From positions 89,218,001 through 89,282,000 of the forward strand of contig OZ024745.1 of the NCBI GenBank assembly GCA_964016885.1: 64,000 nucleotides of DNA, given 5' to 3'. The notes under the pieces are model-generated. The model searched no databases, had not been told where the DNA came from, and saw nothing but the letters and a program-made list of their open reading frames with translations. Each line of letters begins with the position of its first letter. The stretch's first letter is position 1. This DNA comes from Eledone cirrhosa (taxonomy: Eukaryota). Below, one piece after another: positions 12,491-27,999 of this stretch. The position numbers and the translations under genes are program-made.

Positions 12491-15400
12491 ATTGATTTGT
12501 ATAGGTGTAGTTGCTACATAGATTGCTATAGATGTATTTGCTACATAGATTGCCATAGATGGAGTTGCTACATAGATTGCCATAGATGTAGTTGCTACAT
12601 AGATTGCCATAGATGTAGTTGCTAGAGAGATTGCCATAGATGTAGTTGCTACATAGATTGTTATAGATGTAGTTGCTATGTAGTTTGACATAGCTGGAGT
12701 TGCTACATAGATTAACATAGATGTAGTTGCTACATAGATTGTTATAGGTGTAGTTGCTACATAGATTGCTATAGATGTATTTGCTACATAGATTGCCATA
12801 GATGGAGTTGCTACATAGATTACCATAGATGTAGTTGCTACATAGATTGCCATAGATATAGTTGCTACATAGATTGCCATAGATGTAGTTGCTACATAGA
12901 TTGTTATAGATGTAGTTGCTACATAGATTGATATATAAGTAGTTGCTACATAGATTGCTATAGATGTAATTGCTACATAGATTGTTATAGATGTAGTTGC
13001 TACATAGATTGCTATATAAGTAGTTGCTACATAGATTGTTATAGATGTAGTTGCTACATAGATTGTTATAGATGTAGTTGCTACATGGATTGTTATAGAT
13101 GTAGTTGCTACATAGATTGTTATAGACGTAGTTGCTACATAGATTGCCATAGATGTAGTTGCTACATAGATTACCATAGATGTAATTGCTACATAGATTG
13201 CCATAGATGTAGTTGATACATAGATTGTTATAGATGTAGTTGCTACATAGATTGTTATAGATGTAGTTGCTACAAAGATTGCCATAGATGGAGTTGCTAC
13301 ATATATTGCCATAGATGTAGTTGCTACATAGATTGTTATAGATGTAGTTACTACATAGATTGCCATAGATGGAGTTGCTACGTAGATTACCATAGATGTA
13401 GTTGCTACATAGATTGCCATAGATGTAGTTGATACATAGATTGCCATAGATGTAGTTGCTACATAGATTGTTATAGATGTAGTTGCTAAATAGATTGCTT
13501 TAGATGTAGTTGCTACATAGATTGTTATAGATGTATTTGCTACATAGATTGCCATAGATGTAGTTGCTACATAGATTGTTATAGATGTAGTTGCTACATT
13601 GATTGTTATAGATGTAGTTGCTACATAGATTGTTATAGATGTAGTTGCTACATAGATTGCCATAGATGTAGTTGCTACATAGATTGCCATATATGTAGTT
13701 GCTACATAGATTGCCATAGATGTAGTTGCTACATAGATTGCCATAGATGTATTTGCTACATAGATTGCCATTTATGTAGTTGCTACATAGATTGTTATAA
13801 ATGTAGTTGCTACATAGATTGCCATAGATGTATTTGCTACATAGATTGCCATAGATGTAGTTGCTACATTGATTGTTATAGATGTAGTTGCTACATATAT
13901 TGTTATAGATGTAGTTGCTACATAGTTTGTTATAGATGTAGTTGCTACATAGATTGCCATAGATGTAGTTGCTACATAGATTGCCATAGATGTAGTTGCT
14001 ACAGAGATTGCCATAGATGTAGTTGCTACATAGATTGTTATAGATGTAGTTGCTATGTAGTTTGACATAGATGGAGTTGCTACATAGATTAACATAGATG
14101 TAGTTGCTACATAGATTGTTATAGGTGTAGTTGCTACATAGATTGCTATAGATGTATTTGCTACATAGATTGCCATAGATGGAGTTGCTACATAGATTAC
14201 CATAGATGTAGTTGCTACATAGATTGCCATAGATATAGTTGCTACATAGATTGTTATAGATGTAGTTGCTAAATAGATTGCTTTAGATGTAGTTGCTACA
14301 TAGATTGCTATATAAGTAGTTGCTACATAGATTGCTATAGATGTAGTTGCTACATAGATTGTTATAGATGTAGTTGCTACATAGATTGTTATAGACGTAG
14401 TTGCTACATAGATTGCCATAGATGTAGTTGCTACATAGATTGCCATAGATGTAATTGCTACATAGATTGCCATAGATGTAGTTGATACATAGATTGTTAT
14501 AGATGTAGTTGCTACATAGATTGTTATAGATGTAGTTGCTACAAAGATTGCCATAGATGGAGTTGCTACATAGATTGCCATAGATGTAGTTGCTACATAG
14601 ATTGCCATAGATGTAGTTGCTACATATATTGCCATAGATGTAGTTGCTACATAGATTGTTATAGATGTAGTTACTACATAGATTGCCATAGATGGAGTTG
14701 CTACGTAGATTACCATAGATGTAGTTGCTACATAGATTGCCATAGATGTAGTTGCTACATAGATTGTTATAGATGTAGTTGCTAAATAGATTGCTTTAGA
14801 TGTATTTGCTACATAGATTGTTATAGATGTATTTGCTACATAGATTGCCATAGATGTAGTTGCTACATAGATTGTTATAGATGTAGTTGCTACATTGATT
14901 GTTATAGATGTAGTTGCTACATAGATTGTTATAGATGTAGATGCTACATAGATTGCCATAGATGTAGTTGCTACATAGATTGTTATATATGTAGTTGCTA
15001 CATATATTGAAATGGACGTAGTTGCTACATAGATTGTTATAGATGTAGTTGCTACAAAGATTGTTATAGATGTAGTTGCTACATAGATTACCATAGATGT
15101 AGTTGCTACATAGATTTATTTATATGTAGTTGCTACATAGATTGCTATAGATGTAGTTGCTACATAGATTGTTATAGATTTAGTTGCTACATAGATTGCT
15201 ATAGATGTAGTTGCTACATAGATTGCCATAGACGTAGTTGCTACATAGATCGTCATAGACGTAGTTGCTACATAGATTGTTATAGATGTAGTTGCTACAT
15301 AGATTGCCATTTATGTAGTTGCTACATAGATTGTTATAAATGTAGTTGCTACATAGATTGCCATAGATGTATTTGCTACATAGATTGCCATAGATGGAGT

Positions 15401-18400
15401 TGCTACATAGATTGTCATAGACGTAGTTGCTACATAGATTGTTATAGATGTAGTTGCTACATAGATTGTTATAGATGTAGTTGCTATATAGATTGCCATA
15501 GATGTAGTTGCTACATAGATTGCCATAGATGTAGTTGCTACATAGATTGCAATATATGTAGTTGCTACATAGATTGCCATAGATGTAGTTGCTACATAGA
15601 TTGTTATAGATGTAGTTGCTACATAGATTGCCATACATGTAGTTGCTACACAGATCGCCATAGATGTAGTTGCTACATAGATTGCTATAGATGTAGTAGC
15701 TACATAGATTGTTATAGATGGAGTTGGTACAGAGATTGTTATAAATGTAGTTGCTACATAGATTGTTATAGATGTAGTTGCTACATAGATTGTGATAGAT
15801 GTAGTTGCTAGATAGATTGCTATATAAGTAGTTGCTACATAGATTGTTATAGATGTAGTTGCTACAAAGATTGCCATAGATGGAGTTGCTACATAGATTG
15901 CCATAGATGTAGTTGCTACATAGATTGCCATAGATGTAGTTGCTACATATATTGCCATAGATGTAGTTGCTACATAGATTGTTATAGATGTAGTTACTAC
16001 ATAGATTGCCATAGATGGAGTTGCTACGTAGATTACCATAGATGTAGTTGCTACATAGATTGCCATAGATGTAGTTGCTACATAGATTGTTATAGATGTA
16101 GTTGCTAAATAGATTGCTTTAGATGTATTTGCTACATAGATTGTTATAGATGTATTTGCTACATAGATTGCCATAGATGTAGTTGCTACATAGATTGTTA
16201 TAGATGTAGTTGCTACATTGATTGTTATAGATGTAGTTGCTACATAGATTGTTATAGATGTAGATGCTACATAGATTGCCATAGATGTAGTTGCTACATA
16301 GATTGTTATATATGTAGTTGCTACATATATTGAAATGGACGTAGTTGCTACATAGATTGTTATAGATGTAGTTGCTACATAGATTGTTATAGATGTAGTT
16401 GCTACATAGATTACCATAGATGTAGTTGCTACATAGATTTTTTTATATGTAGTTGCTACATAGATTGCTATAGTTGTAGTTGCTACATAGATTGTTATAG
16501 ATTTAGTTGCTACATAGATTGCTATAGATGTAGTTGCTACATAGATTGCCATAGACGTAGTTGCTACATAGATCGTCATAGACGTAGTTGCTACATAGAT
16601 TGTTATAGATGTAGTTGCTACATAGATTGCCATTTATGTAGTTGCTACATAGATTGTTATAAATGTAGTTGCTACATAGATTGCCATAGATGTATTTGCT
16701 ACATAGATTGCCATAGATAGAGTTGCTACATAGATTGTCATAGACGTAGTTGCTACATAGATTGTTATAGATGTAGTTGCTACATAGATTGTTATAGATG
16801 TAGTTGCTATATAGATTGCCATAGATGTAGTTGCTACATAGATTGCCATAGATGTAGTTGTTACATTGATTTGTATAGATGTAGTTGCTACATAGATTGC
16901 TATAGATGTAGTTACTACATAGATTGCCATAGATGTAGTTGCTACATAGATTGCAATATATGTAGTTGCTACATAGATTGCCATAGATGTAGTTGCTACA
17001 TAGATTGTTATAGATGTAGTTGCTACATAGATTGCCATAGATGTAGTTGCTACACAGATCGCCATAGATGTAGTTGCTACATAGATTGCTATAGATGTAG
17101 TAGCTACATAGATTGTTATAGATGGAGTTGGTACAGAGATTGTTATAAATGTAGTTGCTACATAGATTGTTATAGATGTAGTTGCTACATAGATTGTGAT
17201 AGATGTAGTTGCTAGATAGATTGCTATATAAGTAGTTGCTACATAGATTGTTATAGATGTAGTTGCTACATAGATTGCCATAGATGGAGTTGCTACATAG
17301 ATTGCCATAGATGTAGTTGCTACATAGATTGCCATAGATGTAGTTGCTACATAGATTGCTATATATGTAGTTGCTACATAGATTGCCACAGATGTAGTTG
17401 CTACATAGATTGCTATAGATGTAGTTGCTACATAGATTGTTATATATGTAGTTGCTACATACATTGCTATAGATGTAGTTGCTACATAGATTGTTATAGA
17501 TGTAGTTGCTACATAGATCGTCATAGACGTAGTTGCTACATAGATTTTTATAGATGTAGTTGCTACATAGATTTTTATAGATGTAGTTTTTACATAGATT
17601 GCCATAGATGGAGTTGCTACATAGATTGCCATAGATGGAGTTGCTACATAGATTGCCATAGATGTAGTTGCTACATAGATTGCTATAGATGTAGTTGCTA
17701 CATAGATTGCCATAGATGTAGTTGCTACATAGATTGCCATAGATGTAGTTGCTACATAGATTTTTTATATGTAGTTGCTACATAGATTGCTATAGATGTA
17801 GTTGCTACATAGATTGTTATAGATTTAGTTGCTACATAGATTGCTATATATGTAGTTGCTACATAGATTGCCATAGACGTAGTTGCTACATAGATCGTCA
17901 TAGACGTAGTTGCTACATAGATTGTTATAGGTGTAGTTGCTACATAGATTGCTATAGATGTATTTGCTACATAGATTGCCATAGATGGAGTTGCTACATA
18001 GATTACCATAGATGTAGTTGCTACATAGATTGCCATATATATAGTTGCTACATAGATTGCCATAGATGTAGTTGCTACATAGATTGTTATAGATGTAGTT
18101 GCTACATAGATTGCTATATAAGTAGTTGCTACATAGATTGCTCTAGATGTAATTGCTACATAGATTGTTATAGATGTAGTTGCTACATAGATTGCTATAT
18201 AAGTAGTTGCTACATATATTGTTATAGATGTAGTTGCTACATAGATTGTTATAGATGTAGTTGCTACATGGATTGTTATAGATGTAGTTGCTACATAGAT
18301 TGTTATAGACGTAGTTGCTACATAGATTGCCATAGATGTAGTTGCTACATAGATTACCATAGATGTAATTGCTACATAGATTGCCATAGATGTAGTTGAT

Positions 18401-19008
18401 ACATAGATTGTTATAGATGTAGTTGCTACATAGATTGTTATAGATGTAGTTGCTACAAAGATTGCCATAGATGGAGTTGCTACATAGATTGCCATAGATG
18501 TAATTGCTACATAGATTGCCATAGATGTAGTTGCTACATATATTGCCATAGATGTAGTTGCTACATAGATTGTTATAGATGTAGTTACTACATAGATTGC
18601 CATAGATGGAGTTGCTACGTAGATTACCATAGATGTAGTTGCTACATAGATTGCCATAGATGTAGTTGATACATAGATTGCCATAGATGTAGTTGCTACA
18701 TAGATTGTTATAGATGTAGTTGCTAAATAGATTGCTTTAGATGTAGTTGCTACATAGATTGTTATAGATGTATTTGCTACATAGATTGCCATAGATGTAG
18801 TTGCTACATAGATTGTTATAGATGTAGTTGCTACATTGATTGTTATAGATGTAGTTGCTACATAGATTGTTATAGATGTAGTTGCTACATAGATTGCCAT
18901 AGATGTAGTTGCTACATAGATTGCCATATATGTAGTTGCTACATAGATTGCCATAGATGTAGTTGCTACATAGATTGCCATAGATGTATTTGCTACATAG
19001 ATTGCCAT

Positions 19009-22000
19009 TTATGTAGTTGCTACATAGATTGTTATAAATGTAGTTGCTACATAGATTGCCATAGATGTATTTGCTACATAGATTGCCATAGATGTAGTTG
19101 CTACATTGATCGTTATAGATGTAGTTGCTACATATATTGTTATAGATGTAGTTGCTACATAGTTTGTTATAGATGTAGTTGCTACACAGATCGCCATAGA
19201 TGTAGTTGCTACATAGATTGCTATAGATGTAGTAGCTACATAGATTGCTATAGATATAGTTGCTACATATATTGCTATGGATGTAGTTGCTACATAGATT
19301 GTCATAGACGTAGTTGCTACAGAGATTGTTATAGATGTAGTTGCTACATAGATTGCCATAGATGTAGTTGCTACATAGATTGCCATAGATGTAGTTGCTA
19401 CATTGATTTGTATAGATGTAGTTGCTACATAGATTGCTATAGATGTATTTGCTACATAGATTGCCATAGATGGAGTTGCTACATAGATTGCCATAGATGT
19501 AGTTGCTACATAGATTGCTATATAAGTAGTTGCTACATAGATTGTTATAGATGTAGTTGCTACATAGATTGTTATAGATGTAGTTGCTACATGGATTGTT
19601 ATAGATGTAGTTGCTACATAGATTGTTATAGACGTAGTTGCTACATAGATTGCCATAGATGTAGTTGCTACATAGATTACCATAGATGTAATTGCTACAT
19701 AGATTGCCATAGATGTAGTTGATACATAGATTGTTATAGATGTAGTTGCTACATAGATTGTTATAGATGTAGTTGCTACAAAGATTGCCATAGATGGAGT
19801 TGCTACATAGATTGCCATAGATGTAATTGCTACATAGATTGCCATAGATGTATTTGCTACATATATTGCCATAGATGTAGTTGCTACATAGATTGTTATA
19901 GATGTAGTTACTACATAGATTGCCATAGATGGAGTTGCTACGTAGATTACCATAGATGTAGTTGCTACATAGATTGCCATAGATGTAGTTGATACATAGA
20001 TTGCCATAGATGTAGTTGCTACATAGATTGTTATAGATGTAGTTGCTAAATAGATTGCTTTAGATGTAGTTGCTACATAGATTGTTATAGATGTATTTGC
20101 TACATAGATTGCCATAGATGTAGTTGCTACATAGATTGTTATAGATGTAGTTGCTACATTGATTGTTATAGATGAAGTTGCTACATAGATTGTTATAGAT
20201 GTAGTTGCTACATAGATTGCCATAGATGTAGTTGCTACATAGATTGCCATATATGTAGTTGCTACATAGATTGCCATAGATGTAGTTGCTACATAGATTG
20301 CCATAGATGTATTTGCTACATAGATTGCCATTTATGTAGTTGCTACATAGATTGTTATAAATGTAGTTGCCACATAGATTGCCATAGATGTATTTGCTAC
20401 ATAGATTGCCATAGATGTAGTTGCTACATTGATTGTTATAGATGTAGTTGCTACATATATTGTTATAGATGTAGTTGCTACATAGTTTGTTATAGATGTA
20501 GTTGCTACACAGATCGTCATAGATGTAGTTGCTACATAGATTGCTATAGATGTAGTAGCTACATAGATTGCTATAGATATAGTTGCTACATATATTGCTA
20601 TGGATGTAGTTCCTACATAGATTGTCATAGACGTAGTTGCTACAGAGATTGTTATAGATGTAGTTGCTACATAGATTGCCATAGATGTAGTTGCTACATA
20701 GATTGCCATAGATGTAGTTGCTACATTGATTTGTATAGATGTAGTTGCTACATAGATTGCTATAGATGTATTTGCTACATAGATTGCCATAGATGGAGTT
20801 GCTACATAGATTGCCATAGATGTAGTTGCTACATAGATTGCCATAGATGTAGTTGCTACAGAGATTGCCATAGATGTAGTTGCTACATAGATTGTTATAG
20901 ATGTAGTTGCTATGTAGATTGACATAGCTGGAGTTGCTACATAGATTAACATAGATGTAGTTGCTACATAGATTGTTATAGGTGTAGTTGCTACATAGAT
21001 TGCTATAGATGTATTTGCTACATAGATTGCCATAGATGGAGTTGCTACATAGATTACCATAGATGTAGTTGCTACATAGATTGCCATAGATATAGTTGCT
21101 ACATAGATTGCCATAGATGTAGTTGCTACATAGATTGTTATAGCTGTAGTTGCTACATAGATTGCTATATAAGTAGTTGCTACATATATTGCTATAGATG
21201 TAGTTGCTACATAGATTGTTATAGATGTAGTTGCTACATAGATTGTTATAGACGTAGTTGCTACATAGATTGCCATAGATGTAGTTGCTACATAGATTGC
21301 CATAGATGTAATTGCTACATAGATTGCCATAGATGTAGTTGATACATAGATTGTTATAGATGTAGTTGCTACATAGATTGTTATAGATGTAGTTGCTACA
21401 AAGATTGCCATAGATGGAGTTGCTACATAGATTGCCATAGATGTAGTTGTTACATAGATTGCCATAGATGTAGTTGCTATATATATTGCCATAGATGTAG
21501 TTGCTACATAGATTGTTATAGATGTAGTTGCTAAATAGATTGCTTTAGATGTAGTTGCTACATAGATTGTTATAGATGTATTTGCTACATAGATTGCCAT
21601 AGATGTAGTTGCTACATAGATTGTTATAGATGTAGTTGCTACATTGATTGTTATAGATGTAGTTGCTACATAGATTGTTATAGATGTAGTTGCTACATAG
21701 ATTGCCATAGATGTAGTTGCTACATAGATTGCCATATATGTAGTTGCTACATAGATTGCCATAGATGTAGTTGCTACATAGATTGCCATAGATGTATTTG
21801 CTACATAGATTGCCATTTATGTAGTTGCTACATAGATTGTTATAAATGTAGTTGCTACATAGATTGCCATAGATGTATTTGCTACATAGATTGCCATAGA
21901 TGTAGTTGCTACATTGATCGTTATAGATGTAGTTGCTACATATATTGTTATAGATGTAGTTGCTACATAGTTTGTTATAGATGTAGTTGCTACACAGATC

Positions 22001-23139
22001 GCCATAGATGTAGTTGCTACATAGATTGCTATAGATGTAGTAGCTACATAGATTGCTATAGATATAGTTGCTACATATATTGCTATGGATGTAGTTGCTA
22101 CATAGATTGTCATAGACGTAGTTGCTACAGAGATTGTTATAGATGTAGTTGCTACATAGATTGCCATAGATGTAGTTGCTACATAGATTGCCATAGATGT
22201 AGTTGCTACATTGATTTGTATAGATGTAGTTGCTACATAGATTGCTATAGATGTATTTGCTACATAGATTGCCATAGATGGAGTTGCTACATAGATTGCC
22301 ATAGATGTAGTTGCTACATAGATTGCTATATAAGTAGTTGCTACATAGATTGTTATAGATGTAGTTGCTACATAGATTGTTATAGATGTAGTTGCTACAT
22401 GGATTGTTATAGATGTAGTTGCTACATAGATTGTTATAGACGTAGTTGCTACATAGATTGCCATAGATGTAGTTGCTACATAGATTACCATAGATGTAAT
22501 TGCTACATAGATTGCCATAGATGTAGTTGATACATAGATTGTTATAGATGTAGTTGCTACATAGATTGTTATAGATGTAGTTGCTACAAAGATTGCCATA
22601 GATGGAGTTGCTACATAGATTGCCATAGATGTAATTGCTACATAGATTGCCATAGATGTATTTGCTACATATATTGCCATAGATGTAGTTGCTACATAGA
22701 TTGTTATAGATGTAGTTACTACATAGATTGCCATAGATGGAGTTGCTACGTAGATTACCATAGATGTAGTTGCTACATAGATTGCCATAGATGTAGTTGA
22801 TACATAGATTGCCATAGATGTAGTTGCTACATAGATTGTTATAGATGTAGTTGCTAAATAGATTGCTTTAGATGTAGTTGCTACATAGATTGTTATAGAT
22901 GTATTTGCTACATAGATTGCCATAGATGTAGTTGCTACATAGATTGTTATAGATGTAGTTGCTACATTGATTGTTATAGATGTAGTTGCTACATAGATTG
23001 TTATAGATGTAGTTGCTACATAGATTGCCATAGATGTAGTTGCTACATAGATTGCCATATATGTAGTTGCTACATAGATTGCCATAGATGTAGTTGCTAC
23101 ATAGATTGCCATAGATGTATTTGCTACATAGATTGCCAT
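19009..23139. repeat. Near-identical 1,323-bp (49-monomer) modules at 19009-20331 and 21817-23139, offset 2,808 bp (104 monomers), separated by a related 55-monomer module
   Basis: The two 440-aa ORF translations match except for one residue that I could see. The + strand ORFs at 19408 and 22216 are identical. Both modules share the rare variant acattgatcgtt. Confidence 0.9.
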
Positions 23140-26100
23140 TTATGTAGTTGCTACATAGATTGTTATAAATGTAGTTGCTACATAGATTGCCATAGATGTA
23201 TTTGCTACATAGATTGCCATAGATGTAGTTGCTACATTGATTGCTATAGATGTAGTTGCTACATAGATTGTTATAGATGTAGTTGCTATGTAGATTGACA
23301 TAGCTGGAGTTGCTACATAGATTAACATAGATGTAGTTGCTACATAGATTGCCATAGATATAGTTGCTACATAGATTGCCATAGATGTAGTTGCTACATA
23401 GATTGTTATAGCTGTAGTTGCTACATAGATTGCTATATAAGTAGTTGCTACATAGATTGCTATAGATGTAGTTGCTACATAGATTGTTATAGATGTAGTT
23501 GCTACATAGATTGCTATATAAGTAGTTGCTACATAGATTGCTATAGATGTAGTTGCTACATAGATTGTTATAGATGTAGTTGCTACATAGATTGTTATAG
23601 ACGTAGTTGCTACATAGATTGCCATAGATGTAGTTGCTACATAGATTGCCATAGATGTAATTGCTACATAGATTGCCATAGATGTAGTTGATACATAGAT
23701 TGTTATAGATGTAGTTGCTACATAGATTGTTATAGATGTAGTTGCTACAAAGATTGCCATAGATGGAGTTGCTACATAGATTGCCATAGATGTAGTTGCT
23801 ACATAGATTGCCATAGATGTAGTTGCTACATATATTGCCATAGATGTAGTTGCTACATAGATTGTTTTAGATGTAGTTACTACATAGATTGCCATAGATG
23901 GAGTTGCTACGTAGATTACCATAGATGTAGTTGCTACATAGATTGCCATAGATGTAGTTGCTACATAGATTGCCATAGATGTAGTTGCTACATAGATTGT
24001 TATAGATGTAGTTGCTAAATAGATTGCTTTAGATGTATTTGCTACATAGATTGTTATAGATGTATTTGCTACATAGATTGCCATAGATGTAGTTGCTACA
24101 TAGATTGTTATAGATGTAGTTGCTACATTGATTGTTATAGATGTAGTTGCTACATAGATTGTTATAGATGTAGATGCTACATAGATTGCCATAGATGTAG
24201 TTGCTACATAGATTGTTATATATGTAGTTGCTACATTATTGAAATGGACGTAGTTGCTACATAGATTGTTATAGATGTAGTTGCTACATAGATTGTTATA
24301 GATGTAGTTGCTACATAGATTGCCATAGATGTAGTTGCTACATAGATTTTTTTACATGTAGTTGCTACATAGATAGCTATAGATGTAGTTGCTACATAGA
24401 TTGTTATAGATTTAGTTGCTACATATATTGCTATAGATGTAGTTGCTACATAGATTGCCATAGACGTAGTTGCTACATAGATCGTCATAGACGTAGTTGC
24501 TACATAGATTGTTATAGATGTAGTTGCTACATAGATTGCCATTTATGTAGTTGCTACATAGATTGTTATAAATGTAGTTGCTACATAGATTGCCATAGAT
24601 GTATTTGCTACATAGATTGCCATAGATGGAGTTGCTACATAGATTGTCATAGACGTAGTTGCTACATAGATTGTTATAGATGTAGTTGCTACATAGATTG
24701 TTATAGATGTAGTTGCTACATAGATTGCCATAGATGTAGTTGCTACATAGATTGCCATAGATGTAGTTGCTACATAGATTGCCATAGATGTAGTTGCTAC
24801 ATTGATTTGTATAGATGTAGTTGCTACATAGATTGCTGTAGATGTATTTGCTACATAGATTGCCATAGATGTAGTTGCTACATAGATTGCCATAGATATA
24901 GTTGCTACAGAGATTGCCATACATGTAGTTGCTACATAGATTGTTATAGATGTAGTTGCTATGTAGATTGACATAGCTGGAGTTGCTACATAGATTAACA
25001 TAGATGTAGTTGCTACATAGATTGTTATAGGTGTAGTTGCTACATAGATTGCTATAGATGTATTTGCTACATAGATTGCCATAGATGGAGTTGCTACATA
25101 GATTACCAAAGATGTAGTTGCTACATAGATTGCCATAGATATAGTTGCTACATAGATTGCCATAGATGTAGTTGCTACATAGATTGTTGTAGATGTAGGT
25201 GCTACATAGATTGCTATATAAGTAGTTGCTACATAGATTGCTATAGATGTAATTGCTACATAGATTGTTATAGATGTAGTTGCTACATAGATTGCTATAT
25301 AAGTAGTTGCTACATAGATTGTTATAGATGTAGTTGCTACATAGATTGTTATAGATGTAGTTGCTACATGGATTGTTATAGATGTAGTTGCTACATAGAT
25401 TGTTATAGACGTAGTTGCTACATAGATTGCCATAGATGTAGTTGCTACATAGATTACCATAGATGTAATTGCTACATAGATTGCCATAGATGTAGTTGAT
25501 ACATAGATTGTTATAGATGTAGTTGCTACATAGATTGTTATAGATGTAGTTGCTACAAAGATTGCCATAGATGGAGTTGCTACATAGATTGCCATAGATG
25601 TAATTGCTACATAGATTGCCATAGATGTAGTTGCTACATATATTGCCATAGATGTAGTTGCTACATAGATTGTTATAGATGTAGTTACTACATAGATTGC
25701 CATAGATGGAGTTGTTACGTAGATTACCATAGATGTAGTTGCTACATAGATTGCCATAGATGTAGTTGATACATAGATTGCCATAGATGTAGTTGCTACA
25801 TAGATTGTTATAGATGTAGTTGCTAAATAGATTGCTTTAGATGTAGTTGCTACATAGATTGTTATAGATGTATTTGCTACATAGATTGCCATAGATGTAG
25901 TTGCTACATAGATTGTTATAGATGTAGTTGCTACATTGATTGTTATAGATGTAGTTGCTACATAGATTGTTATAGATGAAGTTGCTACATAGATTGCCAT
26001 AGATGTATTTGCTACATAGATTGCCATTTATGTAGTTGCTACATAGATTGTTATAAATGTAGTTGCTACATAGATTGCCATAGATGTATTTGCTACATAG

Positions 26101-27999
26101 ATTGCCATAGATGTAGTTGCTACATTGATTGTTATAGATGTAGTTGCTACATAGATTGTTATAGATGTAGTTGCTACATAGATTGCTATAGATGTAGTAG
26201 CTACATAGATTGCTATAGATATAGTTGCTATATATATTGCTATGGATGTAGTTGCTACATAGATTGTCATAGACGTAGTTGCTACATAGATTGTTATAGA
26301 TGTAGTTGCTACATAGATTGCCATAGATGTAGTTGCTACATAGATTGCCATAGATGTAGTTGCTACATAGATTGCCATAGATGTAGTTGCTACATTGATT
26401 TGTATAGGTGTAGTTGCTACATAGATTGCTATAGATGTATTTGCTACATAGATTGCCATAGATGGAGTTGCTACATAGATTGCCATAGATGTAGTTGCTA
26501 CATAGATTGCCATAGATGTAGTTGCTACAGATATTGCCATAGATGTAGTTGCTACATAGATTGTTATAGATGTAGTTGCTATGTAGATTGACATAGCTGG
26601 AGTTGCTACATAGATTAACATAGATGTAGTTGCTACATAGATTGTTATAGGTGTAGTTGCTACATAGATTGCTATAGATGTATTTGCTACATAGATTGCC
26701 ATAGATGGAGTTGCTACATAGATTACCATAGATGTAGTTGCTACATAGATTGCCATAGATATAGTTGCTACATAGATTGCCATAGATGTAGTTGCTACAT
26801 AGATTGTTATAGATGTAGTTGCTACATAGATTGCTATATAAGTAGTTGCTACATAGATTGCTATAGATGTAATTGCTACATAGATTGTTATAGATGTAGT
26901 TGCTACATAGATTGCTATATAAGTAGTTGCAACATAGATTGTTATAGATGTAGTTGCTACATAGATTGTTATAGATGTAGTTGCTACATGGATTGTTATA
27001 GATGTAGTTGCTACATAGATTGTTATAGACGTAGTTGCTACATAGATTGCCATAGATGTAGTTGCTACATAGATTACCATAGATGTAATTGCTACATAGA
27101 TTGCCATAGATGTAGTTGATACATAGATTGTTATAGATGTAGTTGCTACATAGATTGTTATAGATGTAGTTGCTACAAAGATTGCCATAGATGGAGTTGC
27201 TACATAGATTGCCATAGATGTAATTGCTACATAGATTGCCATAGATGTAGTTGCTACATATATTGCCATAGATGTAGTTGCTACATAGATTGTTATAGAT
27301 GTAGTTACTACATAGATTGCCATAGATGGAGTTGCTACGTAGATTACCATAGATGTAGTTGCTACATAGATTGCCATAGATGTAGTTGATACATAGATTG
27401 CCATAGATGTAGTTGCGACATAGATTGTTATAGATGTAGTTGCTAAATAGATTGCTTTAGATGTAGTTGCTACATAGATTGTTATAGATGTATTTGCTAC
27501 ATATATTGCCATAGATGTAATTGCTACATAGATTGTTATAGATGTAGTTGCTACATTGATTGTTATAGATGTAGTTGCTACATAGATTGTTATAGATGTA
27601 GTTGCTACATAGATTGCCATAGATGTAGTGGCTACATAGATTGCCATATATGTAGTTGCTACATAGATTGCCATAGATGTAGTTGCTACATAGATTGCCA
27701 TAGATGTATTTGCTACATAGATTGCCATTTATGTAGTTGCTACATAGATTGTTATAAATGTAGTTGCTACATAGATTGCCATAGATGTATTTGCTACATA
27801 GATTGCCATAGATGTAGTTGCTACATTGATTGTTATAGATGTAGTTGCTACATAGATTGTTATAGATGTAGTTGCTACATAGATTGCTATATATGTAGTA
27901 GCTACATAGATTGCTATAGATATAGTTACTATATATATTGCTATGGATGTAGTTGCTACATAGATTGTCATAGACGTAGTTGCTACATAGATTGTTATA

